53,221 nucleotides of DNA, taken from Thraustochytrium aureum. Lineage: Eukaryota. The position numbers were made by a program, and so were the translations under genes. The notes beneath the pieces were generated by a model. That model was not told the DNA's origin. It searched no databases and worked only from the letters and a program-made list of their open reading frames with translations. Shown piece after piece: positions 11,654-23,800 of the stretch (position 1 is its first letter; each line of letters starts with the position of its first letter). The stretch lies in NCBI GenBank assembly GCA_012862495.1, contig BLSG01000079.1:1-53221 (forward strand), given 5' to 3'.

Positions 11654-13199
11654 TCAGTTACTTCCAACGGTTGGGCGGCGCGATTTGACGAGCGAGTTGT
11701 TTGGGAACAAAAACGAGGTTGCGCTGACAGTGTCCGGCAGCCCGTTCACAGCTTGCTTGTCAGAGGCAGTCGCTGCGCGCCCCTGGCTGGCCCGCAGCGC
11801 GCTTTTCTTCGTCTGGACGCTCTTTGGCGATTTCCTGGAAACGCCATGAGGCGAGGACAAAGCAAACGTGACCCCGCCCTCGCGCGACGAAGCCTTCGGG
11901 GAAGCGGACCCTCCGCCAACGTGTGTTTCGCAGTCCCTGCTTGCGAGGGCAGCTGCGCGAGACGCGCCGCTGCCGTCTAAAATCACGACTGCGTCTCGTC
12001 GGTCTCGAAGGAGTTCGCTGTCCTCCATCGTCGTTGCGAGCTTGGCCGTCGAAAACGTCGGCGTCGAGCTAGTCCTCGCTAGCGACTGGCGGTTGCGCCC
12101 AGATTCCGACTGCGGCCGAGGCGTCGGGTCCCGCGCCAGCCTCGAGCTGCGTTGCGACGTGCTTGGCCTATCTGACAGCTCCATTGGCAGGATTTCCGAG
12201 GAGTGCGGCGCGCGGGCAGAGGCGCGGCTGGAGCCCTCCTGCGTCACACTTGGGACGGCTGCCGCAAGTCGCTCGGCAACGACGCGGTCGCGGCGCTTCC
12301 TCCGCTCCTGCTCGAGGCGTGAAGTGTGCGGGGCGGTACAGCAGCGACTAGTTTCTCCGTCGAGCGACCTGTACACAGGCTTGAGCGGGTCGGTTGGACT
12401 GCGCTTCGAGACGAGTCCTCGCTGCAAGGTGTCAGCGACTGCCCCGGGAACTTGCTCTGGAATGTATGTCTCCCGCGCGTGCCGGGCATTCGCAGAAGCG
12501 ATCGAGTCCGCTTGCGCCCCAAGAATGTCTGACGTGTCCAGTGCAAAGTCGGGCTTCCCGCGCCGAGCCCGGCCTGCGTGTTCTGTCCTTGGTCGCGGCC
12601 TTGAGAGTGGGTCGTCCGCAATCCTCATCATGTTGATCACATACACTGGGTTGAGTGGGTCGCTGTGGCGGTCAGAGACACACCTCTTGTTTACAATGTC
12701 GGCAACGTTAAGGGAGTCACGTTCTGCGCGCTGGTTTGCGCTGGGCGCGAAACCCTGGCCGAGTCCTACGGTGTGCGTGGGGGCCCTTGTGATGGCGCCT
12801 TCAATGTCGTCGACCCGCAAAGGGTTGCGCGGATGAGCTCGCGGCTGCCGCACACGTGGCTTGGTTCCCTCGATGTCGCTCACGTCAAGCGTATCCCGCA
12901 AAAACTTCGGCTCCGGCGCGGGCACGAACTTGCAACTTGCGAGCTTATACGTTGGCTCGAGAGGGTCGACGATGCGCTGCGTCCGAAAGATTTTGATGCG
13001 GGGCTGCGCGTTGTCGATATCAAGCGTGGTCATGCCGTCAGGCTTGTTGTTGCAGTGCCAGCTGCGTCTGTGCCGCGGCTGCGCGCCATCGATGTCGATG
13101 GTCGAGTACAGGTTCGGCCGGTTCGTTCGGGTCCATCGCTGCGCGGGGCGCGCGCCCTCGATGTCTTCCAGGTAGTTGGTACGCCGGTACCAGGGCTGA
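11654..13199 (-). CDS. Uncharacterised protein with repeated DIxGAxP and (D/N)PLxPxY motifs and a disordered S/R-rich tail; 5' end unresolved at gap 13200-13341
   Basis: ORF 11654..13486 contains LEDIEGARP, IDIDGAQP, LDIDNAQP, DVSDIEGTKP, VDDIEGA, SDILGAQ and DPLEPTY, DPLNPVY, DPLKPVY. There is no clear in-frame ATG before the gap. Confidence 0.7.
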
Positions 13200-14159
13200 N
13201 NNNNNNNNNNNNNNNNNNNNNNNNNNNNNNNNNNNNNNNNNNNNNNNNNNNNNNNNNNNNNNNNNNNNNNNNNNNNNNNNNNNNNNNNNNNNNNNNNNNN
13301 NNNNNNNNNNNNNNNNNNNNNNNNNNNNNNNNNNNNNNNNNCCTGGCCGGGCAGCGAGGCCGTCGCGCGCGCGCTTGCCCGCTCGTGCAATGAATTCCGT
13401 TCCTGGCCAGCACCTCTGGTTTGTGACCCCGCGTCACAAGGCGCGGCGAGATCCGCCAAGATGGCGCGGCAATCCGCCGACACCAAAGATCAATGCCAAG
13501 CCTCTGCGCGGAATTTCTTTTCGTTTTTTCACCAGAAACAGAACAGGCATGCCGTGTCGGCAGGGAGGGGGGCCATGGGCCTCATGACGGACCACAACAA
13601 GCGCGGCGCGACAAAAAAAGTACAAAAATCAATCTTCAGTTTCGAATCGCCAGTGAAAGTGAGCATGCGCAAGAGAGAAGCAGCAGCTGGTTTTCCGCCC
13701 GAAAGGACCACGAGGAGCCGGCCTCCTCTCCGAAGCCGCCAGCCAGCCCATGAGCGCGGCGCGGAGCCCGCGAGAGAGATCCGGCCACATCCATCCCTGC
13801 TCATCCAGGTAGTACTTGGTGCAAAAAGCAACGGACAAAAATGATCTTTGTTCGCGATCAAGGGAGCCCGTCATCCTCGTCCCAAGTGGGACAGGAATTG
13901 GGGGCGCCTCATCAACGGACGCTCCGCTTGCTCGCGGCGGCACCGCGGGCGCTTGCATGGCCACAGCTTGCTTGTTTCCCAAGTGCAAGTGCACGGCGTC
14001 GAGTTTTTTATGTAGAACATGCAATCCTGCGAGCGTGGCTCACACCTGGGATCGCAATTGATCAGTGGTCGCTTTGCAGGCGCGCGTTCAACTGGCGTAA
14101 GTAGTTTCATGAAGACAAGACCGTGCTGATCGATCGACCAATCCAATTCAATTGAACGC

Positions 14160-14197
14160 AATCAATCAATCAGTCAGTCAATCAACAGGCAGGCAGA
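14160..14197. repeat. Compound tetranucleotide microsatellite (ATCA/GTCA/GGCA)
   Basis: The sequence reads aatcaatcaatcagtcagtcaatcaacaggcaggcaga. Confidence 0.6.
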
Positions 14198-14470
14198 CGT
14201 GGGGCCGAGCATGGACGAGTCGCGCGCACATCGCTCTCGGCGCAGCGCTGCCTCGTCCCAGTCCGAGTAGGTAGAGCGCAACAACAACGCGTTTCCCGTC
14301 ACAACCGCGCTGCCAAATCCAGCCCCCGAATACCCGACACACCATTACTCTTCGAGGGTGCTCCCCAATTGGGACGATACCAGAAGAAGAACAAACAGAA
14401 CTATTTATATGAAATAGGTGCGCGTTTTGGCCAGCAACCACAGCAGGCGAAGACCAGCATCACAGACGGC

Positions 14471-14746
14471 GAGCAGCAGCAGCAGCAGNNNNNNNNNNNN
14501 NNNNNNNNNNNNNNNNNNNNNNNNNNNNNNNNNNNNNNNNNNNNNNNNNNNNNNNNNNNNNNNNNNNNNNNNNNNNNNNNNNNNNNNNNNNNNNNNNNNN
14601 NNNNNNNNNNNNNNNNNNNNNNNNNNNNNNNNNNNNAACAGCAGCGGAGCAGCAGCAGCGGAGCAGCAGCAGCGGAGCAGCAGCAGCAGAAGCGTCTCGC
14701 ACGCAGCATCTCGCACGCAGCAGCAGAAGGAGGAGGAGGAGGAGGA
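14471..14746. repeat. CAG / CAGCGGAG triplet-rich repeat spanning gap 14489-14636, followed by (GGA)n
   Basis: (CAG)5 precedes the gap, CAGCAGCGGAG units follow it, and GGA repeats lie at ~14729-14746. Confidence 0.8.
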
Positions 14747-14897
14747 CACTAGGAGCAAGTCGCACGCTCGGGTCCTCAGGGTGAAGCGGGACAACCGGTT
14801 TTTTGTATTGCTCGGGAGGCCGGGCGGACGAGGTTCACGCAACGGGGGCGGGCCGGCGGAGGCGAGGCCAGCCAACGGGATCGCTCGGCTCGCCGAG

Positions 14898-17800
14898 ATG
14901 CGAGTGGGGCGAACGCTCGCTGCCGGGCTGGCCGTGGCGGCAGCGGCGGGACTGACAGCCCAGTCTGGCGCGAGCACGGCCGCGGTCGAGCCAGAACGCC
15001 TCGTGGCATACTGGCCATTTGACGATGACCTGCTCGGAGATGGCGTCGTCGTTAACCGCGCACTGTTGGGGGGCGCAGCCCCGGCACACGTGTTCGACGG
15101 ACACGCAGTCGGCGTGACCAGTACAAGCGCCGGTCCGGACGGGTCTCGAGCGCTCTATTTTAACGGGGAGGCTTTCGTCCAGATCCCCATAGACCTGCGT
15201 ACCTGTGCCATGGCAGCGTTCACCATTGGTGCCTGGGTGTCAGTGGCCAGTTTGCCATCGTTCGACGCCACAGCTGAAACACATATCAGCGTTCTCGCCA
15301 CCGTGCTGGACCGCACTGCAAAGGATGGCTTGTCCATATTTTTGGGCACTGCTGGGCCCAAGGGCGGGCTGACGTGGAAGGTACAGCTCGAGGATGGAGC
15401 AACTCTCGTGGATTCGTCACAGACTCCTGAAATTAACGCGTGGACGCTTGTCGCTGTGGCCGTTGACGCCGTGGAGCGACGTGCTACTCTGGCGGTCAGT
15501 GGCCAAACCTTCACGATCGATATCGAGGCCCCGCGCTGTGCAAGCGAGGCCAACTCTGAGCGGGGGCTTCTCGTGGGAGGTGGGCCCGCCGCCGCATCAG
15601 CCGAAACCGGCTTTCGGGGCGCGGTGAGGGAAGTGTTCGCCTACAACTCAGCCCTCACAAGCGCTCAGCTTATCGATCTTTCAAAGCAGGGGTCGGTCAC
15701 AGTGTCTTTGCCCGTGCCGGTCGCCCCTGGGACGGCCGGCTATGCGCTGCAGCTCTCTGGGAGTCGATTCGCTTCGCTTCGGCGGCCGCGAACAGGGGCT
15801 GCGCACCAGCTTGCCGCCGCAACTCTCGCAGCCTGGGTCAAACCGGCACAGGAAACTGTGCCTGTGCCTTTGAGCCGCGATGCAATGACGATAATGTCAC
15901 TTCGCAGTGGTGGGATTGACGCACAGGACGACCCGAGCGAGCTGCGCATCGCGCTCTACCACGAGGCCAACAAAGGCTCAAGCGACTTGCGCGTTATTCT
16001 CCGGGAGGGGAGGCACAGCAGTAACGCGTTCACCTGGAATACTTACAAGAGCGTCAGTTCAAACGCGTGGACGCACATATGCGTGACTTGGAGGGTCAAT
16101 GCTCTCGCTCTTTCTGGACGGCGTTTTCTCTGCAATGGTAGACTTGGGCCAGGTCGCCCCAGTGGCGCTTCAGGGATTCCAGTCCCCAAACGCGGTGCTC
16201 TGGCTAGGAGCCGCCTCAATGGAGGAAGGCCTTGACGCGCATCACACATTTTCTGGGATGCTGGACGAAGTGCAGGTTTGGGAGAGGGCGCTCGACGCTT
16301 CCGAGATCGCTCGGATTCCCGACTCGCAAACACCGGCCTTGAGGTGGGCCTTGCCGTTTACTTGAACTTTGAGAATTGGCGTGGCCTTGGGGCAACGGCG
16401 AGCGCTGTGGCCGGCCACGAGGCTTGGGCCGTCTTGCACGGGCCTGCCCAAACTGCTTCACTCCCTCTCGCACCATCGGATGGGCCAAGAGTCGGGGAGG
16501 TGGTTTTTGCAGTGGAGAACGAGCCAGTGCTATTCCTCCTCAACGCTAGCGATCTCCAGGGACGCGCCGTTGACTTTGTAGTGACCTCTCTGCCCGACCC
16601 CGAGGAGGAGGGGACGGTCTTCATCGGCCTCCTCCAGGACGCAATACAGCCTGGAGATCTTCCTCTGGTTGTCCCGCGTGGGCAGCTGCTCACTTTCTCG
16701 CCCGTACCCGGTCGCTCGGGCAACGTCATGGGTGAGCTGCGCTACAATGTCAACCTGACGGGTGCGGCAGCACTCAGAGCAAGCGCGGAAGATATCAGGC
16801 AGTGCGAGAGGCAGATCTCCGTTTTATTCTCGGTGGAACCGGTGGACCACCAACCAAGCCTTCGCGCCCAGACCCAGCGCGAAGACCCTGACGGTTTTGG
16901 AGACATCGCTCTCACTCTGTTTGACTACCAGGTCGATGATGTGGACGCTTGGGAAGCGGGGAGCAGCGGGGCCGTTCAAGTGTCTGTCCAGCTTTCCGAA
17001 GGGGATCACCTCCTTTCCATCAATGGACGCGCTGGTCTCCAAACGGGAATCCCGGACGGGAGCAAAGACGGCCAGCGAGATCCAGGCGGGACCACCTTTG
17101 CTGGCACGATTAGCAACGCGAACACCGCACTAACCGCGATCACGATTCACCAGCCGCTTCAATACACCGGAGTCGGCACGATGACTATCGAAGTGGATGA
17201 CAGGGGCAACTTTGGAAAGGGCGGCCCGCTCAAAGCTAGGCACTCCGTCAAGGTCGCCGCACGCGTTGGGGCGATCCCGATCCTCATCGACGCGTCACAA
17301 GGCGAAATTCACCCAAGTGGAGGCCATAGCGTTGTGCTGCGCGGCTCAAATCTGATCGGAGCATGTCACTGCGTCTTCCGGAGCATGGCGGAGGGCACCC
17401 CCGGGTCCGAAGTCGGTGAGATTGTCACAATCGCAACCGTAGATGCCATCAAGCCCATGCCATCAGCAACCGACGTGGTGGTCTGCACATCCCCCTCTTT
17501 TGGATCAGAACTGCTCGGCCGTCGCGTGTTGATTCATGTAGAGAACGGCCCGGGATACGCGAGCAACGTGATCGCGGTGCAAGCGCGATCCAAGGCCGCC
17601 GTCGCTCGTCTCTGGCCGACTCACGGTCCCGCCAGTGGCGGATCACGACTTGTTCTGAGCCTCGAACCGGGCTCTGATATCGCAGTGAGCGACGTGCTGG
17701 GTTGCCGATTTAGCCCGGCTGGCCTGGTGACGGCTGCAGAGCGTCTCGGGTCTCGTGAGATTGCTTGCTCGACCCCGCCAGAGCCTCACGGTTTGGCAAG

Positions 17801-20800
17801 GGAAACCGGAGTTATTGTCGATTTGATGCGAAATGGTGCTCTGGATCCCGCGTCAGAGCACGGCGTGAGGTTTTTCTACCAAGACCACGTGCGCGTCTCC
17901 TCCGTCTTTCCGCGTTCGGGCTCTGAGGTCGGCGGGCAATGGTTGGACGTCATTGGCAATGGCTTTATCGACACAGACGACCTTCGCTGCTCGTTTGCAC
18001 TGGAGCCCGGCTTTGCGCTGGTCACTGGCGCGGCCGCGGTTCAGTTTCGCTCGAGTACTTATGTGCGCTGCAGCGTGCCTGCCCTTGCGACGCTTCTGCA
18101 GGCGGCCCCACACATCGAAGCCATGGCTCGGGATGGCAGCGGCATGTCCGCCGCTGTCGCCGTCTCAAACAATGGTCTAGATTGGTCGTTGCTGGACACA
18201 GAACGAGCGACATTTGTCTTTGAGGCAGCTCCGCTTGTCCAGCTTATCCGGCCGGCGGCAGGCCCAGCAGAAGGCGGGACGCCTGTTGCGCTCATTGGTC
18301 GCAATTTTCCAGTCCAGGCTCAAGCTTCGTGCCTCTTCAATCGCTCGCACGCGGTGCCTGCAACAATTCACTCCGCCACGTCAGCTTCTTGTCGTACGCC
18401 GCGCCTGGAGGGCTCCGCGGGGACCTCAGTTCCTGTGCAGCTCGTCATTGGCGAGACGATCCAGGCCTCGATCTCGGCCGAGGACGTCGATGCTGAATTC
18501 GAGAGCGGAACCGTTCACTTCCGCTTCCTCGAGCCATTCCACGTCTCCTCGGTGCAACCAAAGAGGTTGCCTCCAAACCAAGCCACGACACTCACAGTGC
18601 ATGGGATGCGCTTTCTTGCGCTTGGCTACGACACGCTGGAGTGCGTGTTCGCCCTTGGCGGAACAACCACATTGCGCAGCCCGGCGACATTGTACTCACC
18701 AGAGCTATTGCGATGCGACTCTCCCGCGCTCCCAGCAAACACGAGCGAAGACTTAGTCCTTTGCATCCGGATGGAGACAACAGACTCCGCATTCACGGCT
18801 TTGGAGCAGACCTGCACCACCGCTTTCACTCGATGCCATTAAGGTGTCCCTGGCGCCAGCGGTTGTCGTGGGTCCTGCCAAGCCCTCAGTCGGAGCGGTT
18901 GGCGAAGCTGTACTTGTGAATGTCTCGGGCTCTTTCAACGCCGAAACGCAGCTGGGGGCTGACGACATCTATTGCCAGTTTACGAGCCCTTTAGGGATGG
19001 GCTCGGTTGTCGTCCCTGCCACCGTGGCAGCGCGAAACTGGGTCGCTTGTCCGGCTCCCGACTCCGCTGTGGAGGGCCAGTTTACCATTCAAGTGTCCGT
19101 AGACGGTGGCTATGTCTTTGTGACCGGTGAGGCCGCCTTCCACAGGATTGAACCCGCGCAAGCTATAGGGGCTTGGCCAGGAGTACTTCCGCTGAACCAA
19201 GACTCCACCGTGCGGGTCCAAGTCGGGGGCAATCGCGCGGCAGCAAGCAACTGCCTCTTCCACGATGCAAGCAATGTGACTCGACTACTGGGCAGCGGAG
19301 CAGCGCGCGCCGTCGCAGGGGCTCTCGACCAGGTTGAATGCACCGTGCCCGGGTCGGCATGGTCTGCGCCGACCAAGCTCCTTGTTTCGCTCGCTAGCAG
19401 CGACTTCGCTCAGGAAAGGGCACGCTCTGCGGGAGCGCTCATTTCCGTTATTCATTTTCCACGTCCGCTGCAGCTCTTTCCAACGCATGGTTTTCATGGA
19501 TCCCAGGTCCTCATAGGGCTCGACCGCCCGCTTTCGCGCCATGAGTTCCATTCCTGGGAAGCGAAGTGCGTCCAACCCGACACGGACGTTCCACTTGAGA
19601 CGACATGGCTCAACGAGTTTCAGGTTGGGTGCATCGTTTCTGCGGCGCCCTTCTCAGCTCTCGGTCTGCAGTTCCGCGACTACAAGATCCTGGAGGCGGC
19701 GTCTCGCCTGGCCTTCGTGCACTGGGGAAGTGGAGGCGCCCCTGGACTAAGAATCGCGCAACTAAGCCCCTCAGTTGTCATCGCTGGCGCCGGGGAGCGC
19801 GTCCGCCTGCGCTTGGCAGGAATTCAAGACTGGGGACGGTTTGCTGCGATGGACATCGTCTGCGCATTTGAGCTCGGCAAGGAGGGCGACTTGGAGCAGC
19901 GGTCCAAGGCAGTTCGAATCTTCAACGACACTGTTGAATGCTATGTTCCAGATAGCTTGGGCTCCAACTCCGATGATGAATCGCAGGTGCGTGTGGCTCT
20001 TGAGTGGCCAACGGGCAAGGTCGCTCTGGCCGACCAAGTTAGCTTCCGAATGGTGCAGCGTCCGCGCGCTTACCGAGCTACCGCTGAGCTCATCGATGCG
20101 CGCTCGCCTGTTGCGCTCTCTGTTTCGGGTTCTGGGCTGGCGGCGAATGAGGTTGCGTTTGAGTGCGTGTTTGGCCCGTTCCTCGGAACTGGGAACCCAG
20201 AATTCCTCCGCCAGCCCGCAGTTTCCTCGAGCAGCTCAGTCGTCACCTGCCAGACGCCCTCGCTTGACGCGATTCGCGCCGCAAGCAACGGGATCGGGTC
20301 GTCTAGGATTGTTACGGTGAGCGTCGCCGTCACGATTGCGGGGCGCTCACTCGACGCTGGCGACTCGGGTCCGCTGGTTGCTTTCTCGCACGTATTTGCA
20401 GACGAGGCGAAATCCGGCCTGCTGGTCTGGCCGCTCGCTGGTCCCACTGGCGGTGGCACGCTCGTCTCCGTCACAATCCCGGGGGATGCTTTGAGCGCAC
20501 GACAGGCGCTACTTGACAGTAGCCAGGTCATGTGCCAGTTCGGAGCAGCCGAGGTCCGCGCACTTCCGTTTCGTACAGGTGATGCCCAGATTCGGTGCAA
20601 GAGCCCGCTCGTTCAACCCGCACAGAACGCAACAAGTGCGAGCCTTGAAGTCCGCTTGTTCGCCCGTCGTGCTGTGGACGGTGAGCGCGATGAGATTGCA
20701 CATGTCTCTGGCAAGTTCCTCGCAGTCACACCTATACAAGGGGCCTGGCTCCACCCACAGCACGGAAGTGATTCTGGGGGGACCAAAATTCAGGTCTCTC

Positions 20801-23800
20801 TGTCCCGCGCTCTCTTCGCTCAAGAGGCTGGGTCCGTGCGATGCCGTTTTGAGGGCTCTGACGCTTCTGTGGCAGCGACGGGTGACGACGAAGGAGCTCG
20901 AGTGGTTTCATGTGCGACACCAATCCATCCGCATAAGCCTGGCGCTGCGGAACTTTGGCTCTCAACCAACGCGGGCCTTGACGAAGCCCCCTCCGGGTTG
21001 CCTTCCGGTTCACCTCGGCGCTTACTGTTGCAGGAGTGGAGCCGCTCGGCGGCCCGCGAGACGGGGGTACTCTGGTTGTCGTAGAAGCTGATGCTTTCTA
21101 TTTGAACAGCACCGTGACGTGCAGATTCGGGCTCGCGGTGGTTAATGGGACTGTTCTCGGCCGCGGGCGCGCTGCATGCGTCTCCCCCTCTTGGTCTGAA
21201 GCGAGCAGCCCTTCGGACGAGCCGGCGCACCAGCAAACCGTGTCTCTTCAGTTCTCGACGAACGACGGCGGTGATTGGACGCCTCCTGGCCAGGTGCTCT
21301 TCTCCTACGTCTCCCCAATCGAGGTGGTGTCAGTCACGCCGAGCTCCGGGCCCGAGACCGGCGGGACTCGTGTGCGCGTTGCGATTAACGGCTCGCTTTC
21401 CTCCATCGCTGGTCCGAAGTTTTGCCGCTTTGGTGAGCCGGACGACCCCGGCGCAGCTGTCGTTGAGGGGGCTTCTGAAGGCGAGTCGACAATAGTTTGC
21501 ACGAGCCCCCCGCACAAGCCTGGCGTGTCTGCTCGCGTGTCTGTCTCGACCAACAAGCAGCAGTTTCCTGCGGGCGCCGACTCTGGCCTCTTTGAATACC
21601 GCGTCTCGACAATCGTTACCTATGCCAATCCATCCGAGGGAGCAGCCGGTACAACCGTGTCAGTGTATGGGTCGGGATTTTACGACGAAGGGATCAAGTG
21701 CGCGTTTGGTTCGACAATCTCGACAGGCCGACTGGTCTCAACTACGCAGATTGACTGCGAAGCGCCTCAATCCGGGGGTGGGAACTCTGTTTTGTTGCGA
21801 TTATCTTGCAATTCGGGGGCGGATTGGTCAAGCGAAGAACCCGCGGCCGTCTTCACTGTGCTAGTGTCCCCAGTCATCGCCAAAGTCTATCCTCGGTCTG
21901 GGCCGGTATCTGGCGGCACCGAAGTGTCGGTCTACGTCGATGGCGAGGTTTTGCCCAAGGCGAACCTCGCCTGCCTCTTCGACGACGTGCCTGTCCGAGC
22001 CTCTGTCCATTCTGGGAACCGGGTTTCTTGCATCTCACCAGAAGCTTTTCAGGGGCGTCCGGGCTTGGCAAGAATTAGAATCGCAGTGAGAGATTCCGTC
22101 GGGGGCGACTCGTTCAAGCCCATCTCAACACCTGCCCAATTTCACTACATCGCGGATGTTCACCTCGCCAAGGTGTGGCCCCCAAGCGTCCCAGAAACTG
22201 GGCCGGCAACGATTAGATTGTTTGGCACTGGTTTCACAAATCAAGGGCCAGGGTCTCGTCTTCAATGCCGCCTGGGGCTCCCTGTGCCTGTGGTAGTCGG
22301 CGCTACGCAGGTTGGCCAGGGATCGCATCCTGCGATGTACCTGAGCAGGGCCGCGTCCTTGGTCGCTTTGGAATCTCCGTCACGAGTAACGGGGTTGATT
22401 ACTCAAACACGATTGAAGTCGGCGTCGTGGCGCTCGCTCAAATAGCACGAGTGACGCCCCTCAACGGCCCCTATTCCGGAGGCACGTTGCTGGTGCTGAT
22501 TGGCTCTGGTTTCCCCATAGGCGCGCGTTGCGTTTTTGGTGGTCGGATCGAGGCGGCATTCTCGAGGAGGCTGAACGAGACGCACGTTGAGTGCGCTACC
22601 CCAAATGTCGGGCAAGTCGGGGATCTGGAGCTGCAAGTGGTGGATACGAATGACCTCTCGTTGACCCCAGTCGGCGCTATGTTTCGCTTTAGCGAGCTCC
22701 CGGTTATCGACGAGGTTTACCCCAGCAGGCTAGTCCATGACGTTTCGACTGGCGATGGTCCAAGCGAGCCAACCTGGGTCACTGTCCACGGTCAATTCTT
22801 TCAACCGGCTTTGCAGCAGGATTTCCGGTGCAATTTTGGGGACCTTCCTGCTCCACGAGCCCGCGTTCTCTCGGAGCATGAGGCGACCTGTGCGTTGCCA
22901 GATGGCCTGCCCGGAATGGGCCCAGTCGCCCTACGCGTCAGCGTCAACGGAGGCGTGGACTGGTCGGGACCAAGCGCGATCCACCTTGTCCTCCCCGTTG
23001 CCGTCGGGGACATCTCGCCGCAATTGGGGCCCGAGTCCGGAGGCACGCCGGTCCTCGTTCGCGTTGCAAACCTCCCTCCATACCGTCAAGTAGGACCTCT
23101 GCATGGCGAGCAGTTCTCCGGGGTTTGGTGCCGCTTTCGCTCAGCGCAAGGCGAAGCAAGTCCCGCTGCGCCTGCTACGCTTGTTGGGACAGGCATGGTT
23201 AAGTGCTGGTCCCCACGCGGGGCGGCGGACGAGTCACTCATTGTGGAAATCTCGCCAGACGGCATCGCCTTTGTTCCAAGCCCGACGCGGTTTCGGCTTC
23301 ATCAAAAGCTGACTGTCAAGGGCGCAGAGCCGAAGCGCCTCTTTTCGCGCGGAGGCGGAACGATCGTAGTTTCTGGCGGGGGCTTCAGCGCGTTGGGCAG
23401 CGAAGGCGCTGCTTGTGTCTTTGGCGAGGTCAAAGTTGTGCCAGCGACAGTTTTATCCTCGACTCAAGTCAGCTGCGCGGTCCCAGCAACGTCCACTCTC
23501 GGTCCTGTATCTGTTCGCCTGACTCTAAATGCTGGCGTTAGCATCTCTGAAGAGTTCGCGCGAGTTGAGTACGTGGCGGATGGTCTCTCCCTAGAGTTCT
23601 TCCCAAAGAGCGGGCTGGCTCGCGGCGGCACCCCTGTAACCGTAAGCGGTCCAGCACTGGGCAAGTTTCTGGCGATTTCGTGCAGTTTTGGGGCGTCACA
23701 GTCTCAAGCCACTCGGCTCAACGAGACCTCAATTCGCTGCGATGCACCGCCTTCCGCCAGCAGACTAGGGGACGACGCAGTCACAGTAGAGCTCGCTGTC

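Noticed and set aside
13490..14470. Small ORFs or an RNA gene in the divergent intergenic region
   Set aside because: I see no coding-like composition, tRNA/rRNA/snRNA signature or convincing hairpin.
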